Program-made: the position numbers and the translations under genes | Assembly (NCBI GenBank): GCA_021771185.1 | Contig: JAETPN010000001.1 | Span: forward strand, 107,008-171,007 | Length of the DNA stretch: 64,000 nt | Source of the DNA: Bacillota bacterium | GTDB lineage: Bacteria; Bacillota_I; Bacilli_A; RF39; UBA660 | Reading direction: 5' to 3' | The notes under the pieces: generated by a model | Told to the model about the DNA's origin: nothing | Databases searched by the model: none | Seen by the model: the letters and a program-made list of their open reading frames with translations, nothing else | In this document: one piece after another, positions 48,068 through 58,699 of the stretch | How the letters are laid out: each line of letters begins with the position of its first letter | Numbering within the stretch: the stretch's first letter is position 1

Positions 48068-49246
48068 ATGAAAATTTTTATATCAATACTCATCAATTTC
48101 CTTTTTATGAGTATTGCAGATAGTATAGATTCAGCATTCAACAATTTAATCAGCCTTGATGCCATTGTTGTTTGGGGAAGTTTTTTATTAATAGATTCTA
48201 TTTTTAAATCATTTAGCGAAATAGGAACATATACCTATAGAACAACTAGAAAGAATGAATGGTCCTATTTATGGTTTAATATTCTATTTGGATTATTGAT
48301 AGGAATATTCGTATTTATATTTAGAAATGAAATCATAAAGATTTTCAGTCTTACTACTATTCAAAGGGAAATGTTATCCTTTTTATTAAGTTTATATATT
48401 GGATATTTAGTACTAGGTAGATTAGCAAATTCCATCTTTGAAATTATGAGGTTAAAAGGAGAATTAAAACTCTATAGAAAAAGTTTAATCGTTTATTATA
48501 TATGTTTAATTGGTTTGGATGCTATCGCATATGTTTCAACACATAATTTAATGTTCCTAGTATTAGCAACCTTAATTGCTTGGATGATATCAATTATTTA
48601 TATGTTATATCATTTAAAACTAAAATTTGAATTACCTCATAAAGATACATTGAAAAATGTAATGAACTATGGACTCCCCTATTCCATGGAAAGATTAATA
48701 TCAAGAGTCTTTTTACTACTATACGGGAAATTAGCAAGTAATTTAGGAACAGAAAAATATTCCATTCATACGATTTGTTATGCAGTATGTTTAAGTTTAG
48801 AGATCATAACGAATGCATATCAAGCGGCATTAATGATCAGGGTACCAGAAGGTAAAACATATGAAGAACAATATAAAATTTGTATGGAAATGAGAAATAA
48901 CTGTTTTGGTTTAATTATTCTTTTAAACTTTATATTCTCTTTTATATATTTGTTCATATCTCATGGAAGCTTACCAATCGATAAATGCTTCCCCTACATC
49001 ATCTTTTATTCCTTCGGTGTTTTTGGATTATATCCTTATGAAACATATAAAACATTATGTATAACACAAGGTAAATCAACAATTTTACTTTTAGGTTCTA
49101 CCATTGGTGTTATCATTAGATTTATCCTTTGCTTATTATTTATACATACCCCTTTTGCCTTATTTGTATTTGGATTATCAAACGGTATTGATTTTGGATC
49201 TAGAAGTATTATTTATAAAATGGTTTTATCAAAATCTAAATCATAG
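48068..49246 (+). CDS. Divergent MATE-like membrane transporter
   Basis: About 12 TM; MRLKG, YGLPYSMERL, ASNLGTEKYSIH. Confidence 0.6.
   Translation: MKIFISILINFLFMSIADSIDSAFNNLISLDAIVVWGSFLLIDSIFKSFSEIGTYTYRTTRKNEWSYLWFNILFGLLIGIFVFIFRNEIIKIFSLTTIQREMLSFLLSLYIGYLVLGRLANSIFEIMRLKGELKLYRKSLIVYYICLIGLDAIAYVSTHNLMFLVLATLIAWMISIIYMLYHLKLKFELPHKDTLKNVMNYGLPYSMERLISRVFLLLYGKLASNLGTEKYSIHTICYAVCLSLEIITNAYQAALMIRVPEGKTYEEQYKICMEMRNNCFGLIILLNFIFSFIYLFISHGSLPIDKCFPYIIFYSFGVFGLYPYETYKTLCITQGKSTILLLGSTIGVIIRFILCLLFIHTPFALFVFGLSNGIDFGSRSIIYKMVLSKSKS
49184..49223 (+). repeat. 40-bp direct repeat, copy 1 (3' end of MATE-like gene)
   Basis: GGTATTGATTTTGGAtCTAGAAGTATTATTTATAAAATGG; 39/40 identical to 50695..50734. 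Confidence 0.9.
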
Positions 49247-49249
49247 AAA

Positions 49250-49368
49250 AAAGAAATTAAAGTTTGTTAAAAAATGGAAGAAAATAATTTATCAACAAGA
49301 GATACAGAAAAGAAATATGGAATTCATCATTCTCTTGTTGATAAATGAAGAAGTTTAGAAAAAGGAGA
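49250..49368 (+). pseudogene. IS3/IS150-type transposase OrfA HTH remnant
   Basis: KLKFVKK / frameshift / MEENNLSTRDTEKKYGIHHSLVDK*RSLEKG with TGA at the expected Trp. Confidence 0.5.
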
Positions 49369-49376
49369 AGTAATAA

Positions 49377-50597
49377 ATGAACAAGAATATAAAAGATAAG
49401 ATCGAATTAAGTAATAAAATATATCCCTATTTTGCTGGACTATCTGATGATTTAATGTTTTGGGCTGCCATTAATACAATTTTTTTAACAACAGTCAAAA
49501 ATCTTACAGCATCTCAAATAAGTCTTTTATCCGCTATTGCTACTTTTTCTACCATTATATTACAAGGAATAGCATTTAAAATAATCAAAAAAATAGGAAA
49601 TATCACTTCTGTTAGATTGGGTCTTGTTTTATTACTAACTGCAGCTATCATTATTACATTTTCAAATAATATACTTTGCATTGGCTTTGGTTACATAATT
49701 TATCATTCAGCATTCTTTTTTACAAATATGCAAAATGTTATATTAAAAAGAAATTTAAAGGCTGTTGGTAAAGAAAATACGTTTCATAAAGTTTGTAGTA
49801 AAACTAGTTTTATATATGCAATACTTACGATGATCGTTTCTTTTGTTGCCGGATTTATTTTTAACATAAATAACTATTTACCTATGATTTTATGTATTAT
49901 GATATGTGTATTAAATATCTTTTTATCAAGTTTTATATATGAGTATAAATACGAAAATGATGAAAGTGTTAATCACAAAAGAAAAATTCATTGGAAAAAA
50001 ATATTAATATTAATTATTGTTGTATATGGATTATTGTATGCAACAGTCGAAACGTTACAAGAAACCGGAAAAATATTTATTCAATATAATTTTCAAAATT
50101 TTATTGAGATGGATAAAGTAACAGTATATCTTACTATAATCATAGCTTTTTCACGAATCGCAAGAGTAATTTCAAATATATTATTTAATAAAATGTATTC
50201 AAAATTAAAAAATAAATTAATTATCTTTTTAAATCTATTATTATTCTTATCTGTTATATTAATGCTTATTGGAAATATTATTACAAACAATATTTTTAGT
50301 GGTGTTATTATGGGAACTGGTTTCTGCTTATTACTATTTGTTAGAGATCCAATCATGACCTTTACAAAAACTGAATTATTGAATAATTGTAATGTGGAAG
50401 ATCAAGAAAATATTATGCATAAATTTAATTTAAGCAGAAAAATAGTAAGATGTATTTTAGCATCATTAGTTAGCTTATTACTTTTAAAAATAAAAATGGT
50501 TATTATTATGTGGTTATTAGCAATTATAATAATTCTATGTTTTATATTAACATTTAATTTATCTAAAGAATTATATATAGCAAAAACAAATGATTAA
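49377..50597 (+). CDS. MFS transporter
   Basis: About 12 TM; KIIKKIGNITSVRLG motif-A-like loop. Confidence 0.78.
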   Translation: MNKNIKDKIELSNKIYPYFAGLSDDLMFWAAINTIFLTTVKNLTASQISLLSAIATFSTIILQGIAFKIIKKIGNITSVRLGLVLLLTAAIIITFSNNILCIGFGYIIYHSAFFFTNMQNVILKRNLKAVGKENTFHKVCSKTSFIYAILTMIVSFVAGFIFNINNYLPMILCIMICVLNIFLSSFIYEYKYENDESVNHKRKIHWKKILILIIVVYGLLYATVETLQETGKIFIQYNFQNFIEMDKVTVYLTIIIAFSRIARVISNILFNKMYSKLKNKLIIFLNLLLFLSVILMLIGNIITNNIFSGVIMGTGFCLLLFVRDPIMTFTKTELLNNCNVEDQENIMHKFNLSRKIVRCILASLVSLLLLKIKMVIIMWLLAIIIILCFILTFNLSKELYIAKTND

Positions 50598-50694
50598 ATT
50601 ATTTAAAATCTACATCAAAAATATAAGTTTTATTCTATATATTATCGTAGATTTCATATGAACCAATCAATAAAAGATATCAAATGAAGTATTT

Positions 50695-50734
50695 GGTATT
50701 GATTTTGGAGCTAGAAGTATTATTTATAAAATGG
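50695..50734 (+). repeat. 40-bp direct repeat, copy 2
   Basis: GGTATTGATTTTGGAgCTAGAAGTATTATTTATAAAATGG. Confidence 0.9.
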
Positions 50735-50972
50735 ATTCTTAAAGAAAAACAAATTAAAAGATGCTTAGAATGAATTGAACTCTAAAAGCATCTTTTTCTT
50801 TAACCATTGAACTCTTAAGTTTATTCCATGAATATTTTAATTTTATCTCAGTTATCTCGAAATTCAATATTAATATAAAATGATATAAAGTATTTTGTAT
50901 TTTTTAAACTTATCAAATTTTCAAATATTACTACTTATACATTTTATGATAAAATATTATCAGGTGGTTGTA

Positions 50973-51683
50973 GTGAAATTAGAAGATTTAAATATAAAAT
51001 ATGATAAATTGCAAAAAAAGTATGGTGCAAAAGAATTAAATTCTATATATAATGGTGGTTGTAAAGATAATCCTAACATTTGTTTTGTCTTTATGAATCC
51101 AACGGGAAGAAATATTGCTTCATCAAAAGATTGGAATGGGATAAAATCACCTTGGATCGGAACTAAAAATATTTGGGATTTATTCTATGCTGTAGATTTA
51201 TTAGATGAAAAAATTTATAACAAAATTAGAGCTATAAAAGGCCGTGAATGGACAGAAGAATTTGCAAGTGAAGTTTACTCTGACGTTGAAAAACATAAAT
51301 ATTTCATAACAAATCTTGGTAAATGTACACAACTAGATGCTAGACCATTACCAGACACAGTATATAAAGAATATCTACATTTATTAGAAAAAGAATTTGA
51401 AATTATAAATCCAAAAGTGATTGTATTATTTGGAAATCAGGTAAGTTCTATTGTATTAAATGAAAAAATTTCTGTTTCTCAATGCAGAAAGAAAATGTTT
51501 GAAAAAGAAATCAATCATAAAAAATATAAGTTTTTCTCTATATATTATCCCGTAGGAAATGGTAGATTTAATATTGATAAATCAATAGAAGATATTAAAT
51601 GGATCATTGAAAATTTATCACTAGAAAATCAAGATGTTTTAAATAACGAAAAAGATAAAGAAAAAATTACATCAATATATTGA
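50973..51683 (+). CDS. Uracil-DNA glycosylase superfamily protein
   Basis: CFVFMNP, YFITNLGKC, EFEIINPKVIVLFG, YYP. Confidence 0.8.
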   Translation: MKLEDLNIKYDKLQKKYGAKELNSIYNGGCKDNPNICFVFMNPTGRNIASSKDWNGIKSPWIGTKNIWDLFYAVDLLDEKIYNKIRAIKGREWTEEFASEVYSDVEKHKYFITNLGKCTQLDARPLPDTVYKEYLHLLEKEFEIINPKVIVLFGNQVSSIVLNEKISVSQCRKKMFEKEINHKKYKFFSIYYPVGNGRFNIDKSIEDIKWIIENLSLENQDVLNNEKDKEKITSIY

Positions 51684-52257
51684 AGGACATAATAATTCAT
51701 TCGTCCTCACACAATTTAGAAAGAGATTTTAAAGGACTGCAGCGGAAAGTCCTTTTTTTCATATATAAATTAGTTATTTTAACACAACTTATTCAACTTG
51801 TTTTTATAATTCTTCATCACATTTCCACATTCAATTTGATTAAAAGATTCTCTCTTTCTAGAAAGAAAACTTAAGTCTATTAAATAAAAACTCACGAACT
51901 TTAATTAGTCCGTAAGTTGTTTTCAAATGGAGTGGTAGTCGAATAAGTACACAACTTTTTCTCCAATTAGAGATTATATAAATCTTCTAAAATAATTTTA
52001 ACGCAAATTATGATATTTTACTATTTTTTATTAAAAAATCTCAATTAATAAGTTACAGTTCTATCAGATAAAATAAGGGATTGAGAAATATTTTTAGCAA
52101 AAAATAGTCGAAAAGCGCTAAATTTTAACAAATCTAACTATTTTTGATATAAATTTCAATATTGATAGCTATATTAAATATGCTTCTTATTGCTTATAAA
52201 TAGATCCTTTTAAGTCATTCTTAATTTCTTTGACTGAACTGTAACATTAATAATAAT

Positions 52258-52272
52258 CCTACGATTCGTAGG
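52258..52272. promoter_or_regulatory. Palindromic operator CCTACGA-T-TCGTAGG
   Basis: Perfect 7-bp inverted repeat beside TTGACT...TAATAAT, upstream of operon encoding an XRE protein. Confidence 0.6.
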
Positions 52273-52323
52273 GTGACATTTCTAGATTTATATAATAATA
52301 TTGATTTAGAAAGAAGGAATTTT

Positions 52324-52974
52324 ATGAAAAACAATATAATTAATTATTATGCTTTAATAATGATGATTTTATTTATTATTTATAATCTTATATTAGAGGA
52401 TTTAAAAATTGGTGGTTTGTTATATCAAATATTTATGATTATATTAATAATTTTAAATATCATTACATTAATTATATATAAAAAAAGTATTAAATATAAG
52501 AAATTGATAATAATATTTTACTTTCTTACATGGTTGTTATTATCGAAAAACTCATTACAATGTATATTTGCAATATCTAATATGATAACATTGATAATTA
52601 TTGGTTTTAGGGAAAGTAATTTTATAAAGATATTATCAATACTTATTACTCTATTCTTTGCTGTATTCTTTATGCCATTATTATTTGTTTATTTATTAGC
52701 TTTTGGTGCAAGTTTAAGTGAAGAATCTGGTCGAAATGATATTTACGATGATATGCACTATTATTGTGAAAATAATTATGAAGTATATTCATTTTCAGCT
52801 GGTGCTATGGACCATTTTCATTACAGTATAGGTAAACATTATGAGTTTTTAGATATTGATAGTATAATATATATATCTTATAACGAACGAAACGAAGTTT
52901 CAAAAAAAGAATATGATGATTATTTAAATAATCATAAATGTAAATTGGTTGGTGATATAAATGGATCTGAATAA
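52324..52974 (+). CDS. Hypothetical membrane protein
   Basis: Multiple TM segments plus soluble C-terminal domain; AAGGA RBS. Confidence 0.7.
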   Translation: MKNNIINYYALIMMILFIIYNLILEDLKIGGLLYQIFMIILIILNIITLIIYKKSIKYKKLIIIFYFLTWLLLSKNSLQCIFAISNMITLIIIGFRESNFIKILSILITLFFAVFFMPLLFVYLLAFGASLSEESGRNDIYDDMHYYCENNYEVYSFSAGAMDHFHYSIGKHYEFLDIDSIIYISYNERNEVSKKEYDDYLNNHKCKLVGDINGSE

Positions 52975-53830
52975 AATATCTAATTTTATAAAAACTAAAA
53001 GAAAAGAATTAGGAATAACACAAGATGAACTTGCTGAAAAATTGTTTGTAACTGAAAAAGCAATTTCAAGATGGGAAACTGGTCGAGGAACTCCTGATAT
53101 ATCGTTATTGCTTCCATTAGCCAAAGAACTTAACATAGATGTATCAGAATTGTTAAATGGTGAAGAAAATAAGAAAAATAAAAATAATGTGGAACAATTA
53201 CTTGAATATAACGAAATAACTAAATCAAATAAATATAATTTTCATTTTAAACTAACAATTATCTTTTATGTATTATCTATATTGACATTCTTATTTTATT
53301 TAAAATTTGAATATGATCCAAATATAGAGATAAATTATTTTATAAGACTATTAATAATAATTTTTTCTTCCATTTTCGTGATTATAGGAAATAAAATATA
53401 TAGCAATAATTATGTAGAAAAGATAAAAGACAAAAAGAAAGTATCAAAACTTTCTCATGTAATAGTATTTATATACTATGTCATTTTATTATTCAATATG
53501 GTAATCTTTGCAAGATATAATAGTATTAATAGTTATAACTTGATACCATTCAACTCTATAATTGATATATTAAAACATGGAACTATTTACTCAATTATTA
53601 TAAATATATTTGGTAACTTACTAGTATTTATGCCTCTTGAATATTTTTTGATTGAATTATTCAATGTTAAAAAAATTTCAATTAATTTAATATTATCGTT
53701 TGTTATAATATTAATAATTGAATTATTTCAATTTATATTTAAAGTTGGAGTTTTAGATATTGATGATTTAATATTATGTACCTTTGGTATGATGATATTT
53801 TATATAATTTATAATAAATTTAAAAGATGA
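52961..53830 (+). CDS. XRE HTH - VanZ family fusion protein
   Basis: TQDELAEKLFVTEKAISRWETGRGTPD; YNLIPF, NIFGNLLVFMPL, IELFQ, DIDDLI. Confidence 0.88.
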   Translation: MDLNKISNFIKTKRKELGITQDELAEKLFVTEKAISRWETGRGTPDISLLLPLAKELNIDVSELLNGEENKKNKNNVEQLLEYNEITKSNKYNFHFKLTIIFYVLSILTFLFYLKFEYDPNIEINYFIRLLIIIFSSIFVIIGNKIYSNNYVEKIKDKKKVSKLSHVIVFIYYVILLFNMVIFARYNSINSYNLIPFNSIIDILKHGTIYSIIINIFGNLLVFMPLEYFLIELFNVKKISINLILSFVIILIIELFQFIFKVGVLDIDDLILCTFGMMIFYIIYNKFKR

Positions 53831-53836
53831 TTAAAG

Positions 53837-54055
<219 letters not shown>

Positions 54056-54061
54056 TTAAAA

Positions 54062-54103
54062 AAGGTGTCAAAAGTATTAAGTGTTTAATACTACTGACAC
54101 CTT
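54062..54103. repeat. Long imperfect inverted repeat upstream of recombinase remnant
   Basis: AAGGTGTCA..AGTATTAA-gtgt-TTAATACT..TGACACCTT. Confidence 0.7.
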
Positions 54104-54220
54104 ATAAAATTTAAATTACTATATATTTTTTATGCTTTCTCATAGATGTACCTCCTTACTAGGTAGATACTTCCTTCATTCGCTTATTTATAATATCACT
54201 TTTGAAAATAATGTCAATAG

Positions 54221-54493
54221 CTATAGATTTTTAATATAGTCTTGTAATTCACTGATTTTAATACATTTTTGTAAGTTTTCAATAAAAATATTTTTGCTAT
54301 GATTAAAAGCTAGGAAAGTTCTATCTTTAATTATTATTTTATTTGGTTCAACATAATTGATATTAGTTTTTTCAACTCTACGAATAGAACCATTAATAAT
54401 CGTTGCTTTAACATTATTATAATCACATATAAATTCAATTCTTGTTTTCAGATCTTCATCAATTGGGACTTCATTAGTAATAATATTTAACAT
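54221..54493 (-). CDS. Hypothetical protein (mobile-element associated)
   Basis: 90-aa ORF with AAAGGA RBS. Confidence 0.65.
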   Translation of the reverse strand: MLNIITNEVPIDEDLKTRIEFICDYNNVKATIINGSIRRVEKTNINYVEPNKIIIKDRTFLAFNHSKNIFIENLQKCIKISELQDYIKNL

Positions 54494-54508
54494 ATAATAT
54501 TTCCTTTC

Positions 54509-54775
54509 TTATCTTTCTTTATCCCATTCAGTATATGGAATAGGAGAAGCAATTAGTTTCTTAGATTCTGTGTCATACTTGATATATTTGTTGATTCTTA
54601 ATTCAAGTAAAGCATCTTTTATCGTTTCTTTATTATCAGTGCAATACTTTTCAATATCTAATCCAATAATATTATCATTGAATAGGACAATACTTAAGAA
54701 CCCTTTAGCATTTAAAGATAAGTTTTTGTCAGTTAAATATTTCATCGAAGTCTTATAAACATTGAATTGTTTCAT
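54509..54775 (-). CDS. Replication-initiator-like winged-HTH fragment
   Basis: LTDKNLSLNAKGFLS...IKDALLELRINKYI resembles phage/ICE Rep N-terminal HTH. Confidence 0.6.
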   Translation of the reverse strand: MKQFNVYKTSMKYLTDKNLSLNAKGFLSIVLFNDNIIGLDIEKYCTDNKETIKDALLELRINKYIKYDTESKKLIASPIPYTEWDKER

Positions 54776-54883
54776 TATTTTCACCATCCTTTCTTTTGGA
54801 TGGATGATTTATACAAAAAAAAATCTATCCTTTCGAATAGATTTATATATCAAACTCAGAAATTTTCCGAGCAGATTCCTCAA

Positions 54884-54957
54884 TGGAGCGGATGATGAGA
54901 ATCGAACTCACGTAGTCAGCTTGGAAGGCTGAGGTTCTACCATTAAACTACATCCGC
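54884..54957 (-). tRNA. tRNA-Gly (TCC)
   Basis: GCGGATGTAGTTTAATGGTAGAACCTCAGCCTTCCAAGCTGACTACGTGAGTTCGATTCTCATCATCCGCTCCA cloverleaf. Confidence 0.97.
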
Positions 54958-55058
54958 AAATCAAGTAGGCACTATTAATTATACCAGGATTTATAGAGAT
55001 GTCAATAACTTTTTTAAAATTTTTTTAATTTTTATAAAACGGTAAAATTTTTCTAGCC

Positions 55059-55853
55059 CTATCGTTGATGTGTTACAATAAAATTCTTTGTAAATTTAAA
55101 ATTATGGTTGTTTGTTAAATAAAGATAACCACATAAACTAAAAATAAACGCTCCAATCAAATTAACTATTAAATCATTCATTGTATCATGAATACCTAAA
55201 TCTAAATATCCATTAGGAATATAAGCTAATTCATTCCCCTCTTTATCATAAATGATTGTATATGCGATATCATCTACTTTAATTGGATTATTATCTTTCA
55301 AAGGATCCAATTCTACGGAAGAAATCGAAGTAACTATTTCATCCTTTTGCATATCTAATCTAAAAATGGTATCCATGGAATATTCAAAAAATTCCCCCCC
55401 TACTCCAATGGTCATACTAAAACTAAATGCAATAACAGCCATCAAGAAAGGATTCATATGCATTGACTTTACTTTCTTATCCAGAAGATCAACTAAGCTA
55501 AACCCTACTCCTGCCGCTAAAAATCCATTTAAGGTGTGCAAAATGGTATCCCACTGTGAAATATTACCATAAAAATTATTAATTTCACCTAATATTTCCG
55601 CACTAAAAATAAACAGTAAAATAACAATTTCTAGTAATCTTGGAAAAGATATTTTTAATCGCTGTTGAATGAAAAAAGGTAACAGAAATAAAATGAGTGT
55701 TAATAAACATAAAAGAACATTACTATAATTTCCTAAGAAAAATTGTCGTAACATACATAAAATAACTAAAAATCTTAGAAAAAAATAAACGATTAAAGAA
55801 CTTTTTTTATTTTCTTTATAATTTTCTTTTAATGTCTTTCTTATTTTTGTCAT
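55059..55853 (-). CDS. Integral membrane protein (DUF2238-like)
   Basis: AEILGE, WDTILHTLNGF, EFFEY, DTMNDLIVN. Confidence 0.8.
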   Translation of the reverse strand: MTKIRKTLKENYKENKKSSLIVYFFLRFLVILCMLRQFFLGNYSNVLLCLLTLILFLLPFFIQQRLKISFPRLLEIVILLFIFSAEILGEINNFYGNISQWDTILHTLNGFLAAGVGFSLVDLLDKKVKSMHMNPFLMAVIAFSFSMTIGVGGEFFEYSMDTIFRLDMQKDEIVTSISSVELDPLKDNNPIKVDDIAYTIIYDKEGNELAYIPNGYLDLGIHDTMNDLIVNLIGAFIFSLCGYLYLTNNHNFKFTKNFIVTHQR

Positions 55854-55879
55854 AAATTACACCACCTAAAATCTATAAA

Positions 55880-56824
55880 CTAATTATTTATACCATGATG
55901 CATACAAGGTGAAATGGGTGTCAACGGTTCAATCGCATATCCATTTTCAATATAATATTTGATTTTGTCCTCCAAAGAGTTTACTGTCGCATGTTTTGCT
56001 GGAGCATCATGCATTAATAAATTAATAATATCATGTTTTGGTGAATATGTTTTTATATTATTCATCTGACGTTCTTCTAAAGCACCAGCCGCATCTTCAC
56101 TATCTACATTCCAGTCATGATAATAATATCCCTGTTCCGTAACCAACTTCGTTAAACGTGTCATAATTCCAGGATTAAATCGACTTACAGTATTAGAGCT
56201 TCCTCCTGGAAAACGAATGATCACAGAACGGTATCCTGTTAAATCATATACTTTATCTTGAATCTTTTTTAAATCTGCAAAATAAGCTTCTTCTGAAGCG
56301 TAAACTTCACGGTAGTTATGACTTGCGGTATGTAAGCCTACTGTATGTCCTTCTTTATACATTCGTTTAATTAAATAATCATATTTTTCATCTTGATAAG
56401 TTACAAAAAAGGTCGCCTTCACATGATATTTATCTAGAATATCTAAAATTTCTTCTGTTCGTTCAGAAGGTCCATCATCAAACGTTAAGTAAACTGTTTT
56501 ATAACTATTTTCAATCGATGTTTGTTGTTTCTGAATCATTTGTTCTTTTAATTTCTTTTCTTCTGCTTGAAGTTTTTCGATTTCTGATTCGATTTTTTTC
56601 ATCTCTACATCTAAATCGATCGATACTTTATTATTCTCTTGAAATTTTTGTTCTAATTTTTGATTTTCTTCTCTAAGCGATACCAATGTTTGAATCTCAT
56701 TTTTATAGTTTATTGTTTTAACGTTTTTGTTCAGCAAAGATTGATATATTAACGCATCCATCATGATAAAAAACAAGATCGAAATACATAGTAAAGTAAA
56801 GAAAAATCTCTTCCATTCTGTCAT
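55880..56824 (-). CDS. Polysaccharide deacetylase with TM anchor and coiled coil
   Basis: YLTFDDGPS, HTASH, RFPGGS, DWNVDSED, LMHD. Confidence 0.93.
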   Translation of the reverse strand: MTEWKRFFFTLLCISILFFIMMDALIYQSLLNKNVKTINYKNEIQTLVSLREENQKLEQKFQENNKVSIDLDVEMKKIESEIEKLQAEEKKLKEQMIQKQQTSIENSYKTVYLTFDDGPSERTEEILDILDKYHVKATFFVTYQDEKYDYLIKRMYKEGHTVGLHTASHNYREVYASEEAYFADLKKIQDKVYDLTGYRSVIIRFPGGSSNTVSRFNPGIMTRLTKLVTEQGYYYHDWNVDSEDAAGALEERQMNNIKTYSPKHDIINLLMHDAPAKHATVNSLEDKIKYYIENGYAIEPLTPISPCMHHGINN

Positions 56825-56825
56825 A

Positions 56826-57125
56826 CTACTCACCTATTTGTCCTTTAATACTTTTGATCGATTGTTTTGTTGCTTCTTTCACTGCCTCAAGATTCGCTAA
56901 ACGTTCTTTTTTAGCTTGCTGATCCTTTGCTAGCTCATTTAGCTTATTTTCATAATCTACTTTCGTCTTTTCTTCCTTTTTTACCTTCTTTTTATAATCA
57001 ATAAGTTCTTTTTTATAATCTTTAATTTCATGATTCATACGTGTTAAATGTAAGTTCATTGAAAAAAATAAAGATAATAAACCAACCTGTAGACATATCA
57101 TTAATAATATCATACCTTTTTTCAC
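56826..57125 (-). CDS. Membrane-anchored coiled-coil protein
   Basis: N-terminal TM, K/E-rich heptads; adjoins the deacetylase gene. Confidence 0.7.
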   Translation of the reverse strand: MKKGMILLMICLQVGLLSLFFSMNLHLTRMNHEIKDYKKELIDYKKKVKKEEKTKVDYENKLNELAKDQQAKKERLANLEAVKEATKQSIKSIKGQIGE

Positions 57126-57266
57126 ATCTATCACCATTTTTTATTATAACATTTTTCGACAATTTTTAATCATAAAATAACTGTTTAAATAAGTTTTTTT
57201 CATAAATTCAAACGGAATTATTGACATCATACTTCTTTTTGGGTAAAATTAAATATGTAGTCACAC

Positions 57267-57357
57267 GGAGTAGTACTCAAGAGGCTGAAGAGGCGCCCCT
57301 GCTAAGGGTGTAGGTCGGGCAACTGGCGCGGGAGTTCAAATCTCCCCTACTCCGCCA
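57267..57357 (+). tRNA. tRNA-Ser (GCT)
   Basis: GGAGTAG...CCCCTGCTAAGGG..., long variable arm, TTCAAATC, CTACTCCGCCA; TTGACA/TAAAAT promoter upstream. Confidence 0.97.
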
Positions 57358-57367
57358 TATATGATTG

Positions 57368-57391
57368 AAACACTTGTATCCAGGTGTTTTT
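57368..57391 (+). terminator. Intrinsic terminator after tRNA-Ser
   Basis: AAACACTTG/CAGGTGTTT stem + T-run. Confidence 0.75.
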
Positions 57392-57472
57392 ATTTTGTAT
57401 TTAGAATCATTCTTATATCAAAAGTACTCATGAAAAAAAACTTTGGAAAATCCAAAGTCTTTTTTTATCTAT

Positions 57473-58519
57473 TTAATCTTCATTTTCTAACTCGTCTACA
57501 TTTACTTTTTTCTTACCAGGAGTAATATCATAAAAGTCACGAACTTTCTTTTCTAATTCTTCACGTAACTCATCATTCTTTTTAAGTAGTTCTTTAACAT
57601 TTTCTTTTCCTTGACCTAGTTTTTCACCATTATAGGCATACCAAGCACCAGATTTTTCAATAATTCCAGCTTCACTACCCAAATCAATAATTTCTCCAAT
57701 TTTAGAAATACCTTCTCCATACATGATATCTAAACTACAATTTTTAAATGGAGGAGCCATTTTATTTTTTACTACTTTAACGTTAGCTTTACTTCCTATA
57801 ACATCTGTTCCTAATTTTAACTGTTCACCCTTACGAATTTCTAAACGAATCGATGAATAGAATTTTAAAGCACGACCTCCTGTTGTTGTTTCAGGATTTC
57901 CAAACATAACACCAACTTTTTCACGTAATTGGTTAATGAAAATAGCAATTGTATTTGTTTTACTAATAACTCCTGATAATTTACGAAGTGCTTGACTCAT
58001 TAAACGTGCTTGAAGACCGACATGAGCATCACCCATTTCTCCTTCAATTTCTGCCTGTGGTACTAAAGCTGCAACAGAGTCAATGACAATCACACTAATT
58101 GCCCCACTACGAACAAGAGCTTCACAAATTTCTAAGGCTTGTTCTCCATTATCTGGTTGTGACAATAATAATTCATCAATATTTACACCAATTTTAGCAG
58201 CATATTGTGGATCTAATGCATGTTCTGCATCAATAAATGCTACACGACCTCCCGCTTTTTGAGCTTCAGCAATCGCATGAAGTGCAAATGTCGTTTTACC
58301 ACTCGATTCAGGACCAAAAATTTCAATAATTCTTCCCTTTGGATATCCACCAATTCCTAACGAACGATCCAATGTTAAAGATCCACTAGAAATCACATCA
58401 ATTTCACGGTGTGCATGATCTCCTAATTTCATAACAGATCCTTTTCCAAACTGCTTTTCTATATCTTGTAACACCTTACTTAAGGTATCATCACTTTTAT
58501 TACTAGATGCCTTTGCCAT
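57473..58519 (-). CDS. recA: Recombinase RecA
   Basis: [43 protein letters not shown]. Confidence 0.99.
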   Translation of the reverse strand: MAKASSNKSDDTLSKVLQDIEKQFGKGSVMKLGDHAHREIDVISSGSLTLDRSLGIGGYPKGRIIEIFGPESSGKTTFALHAIAEAQKAGGRVAFIDAEHALDPQYAAKIGVNIDELLLSQPDNGEQALEICEALVRSGAISVIVIDSVAALVPQAEIEGEMGDAHVGLQARLMSQALRKLSGVISKTNTIAIFINQLREKVGVMFGNPETTTGGRALKFYSSIRLEIRKGEQLKLGTDVIGSKANVKVVKNKMAPPFKNCSLDIMYGEGISKIGEIIDLGSEAGIIEKSGAWYAYNGEKLGQGKENVKELLKKNDELREELEKKVRDFYDITPGKKKVNVDELENED

Positions 58520-58583
58520 CTTGTTTCCTCCTAACTTACATATTCATTTTATACTATATTTTAGGCGTTGTCAATACTAAACA

Positions 58584-58597
58584 CGAACATTTGTATG
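58584..58597. promoter_or_regulatory. LexA (Cheo) box upstream of recA
   Basis: CGAACATTTGTATG just upstream of the TTGACA -35. Confidence 0.6.
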
Positions 58598-58699
58598 ATT
58601 TTTGTTTTTTTGTTAAATTTCTTGATCAAAACACATCTATTATAACAAATCCTTATTCTTTTTTTACAAAATTAACTAAAAAATAACTCCTATTTAGAG

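Noticed and set aside
50605-50655. AAATCTAC...GTAGATTT resembling a Cas12a repeat stem
   Set aside because: Single occurrence, long loop, no array or cas genes
51680-51874. 64-aa track ORF after the UDG-like gene
   Set aside because: Runs through a terminator hairpin (AAAGGACT/AGTCCTTT + T-run) and has no RBS
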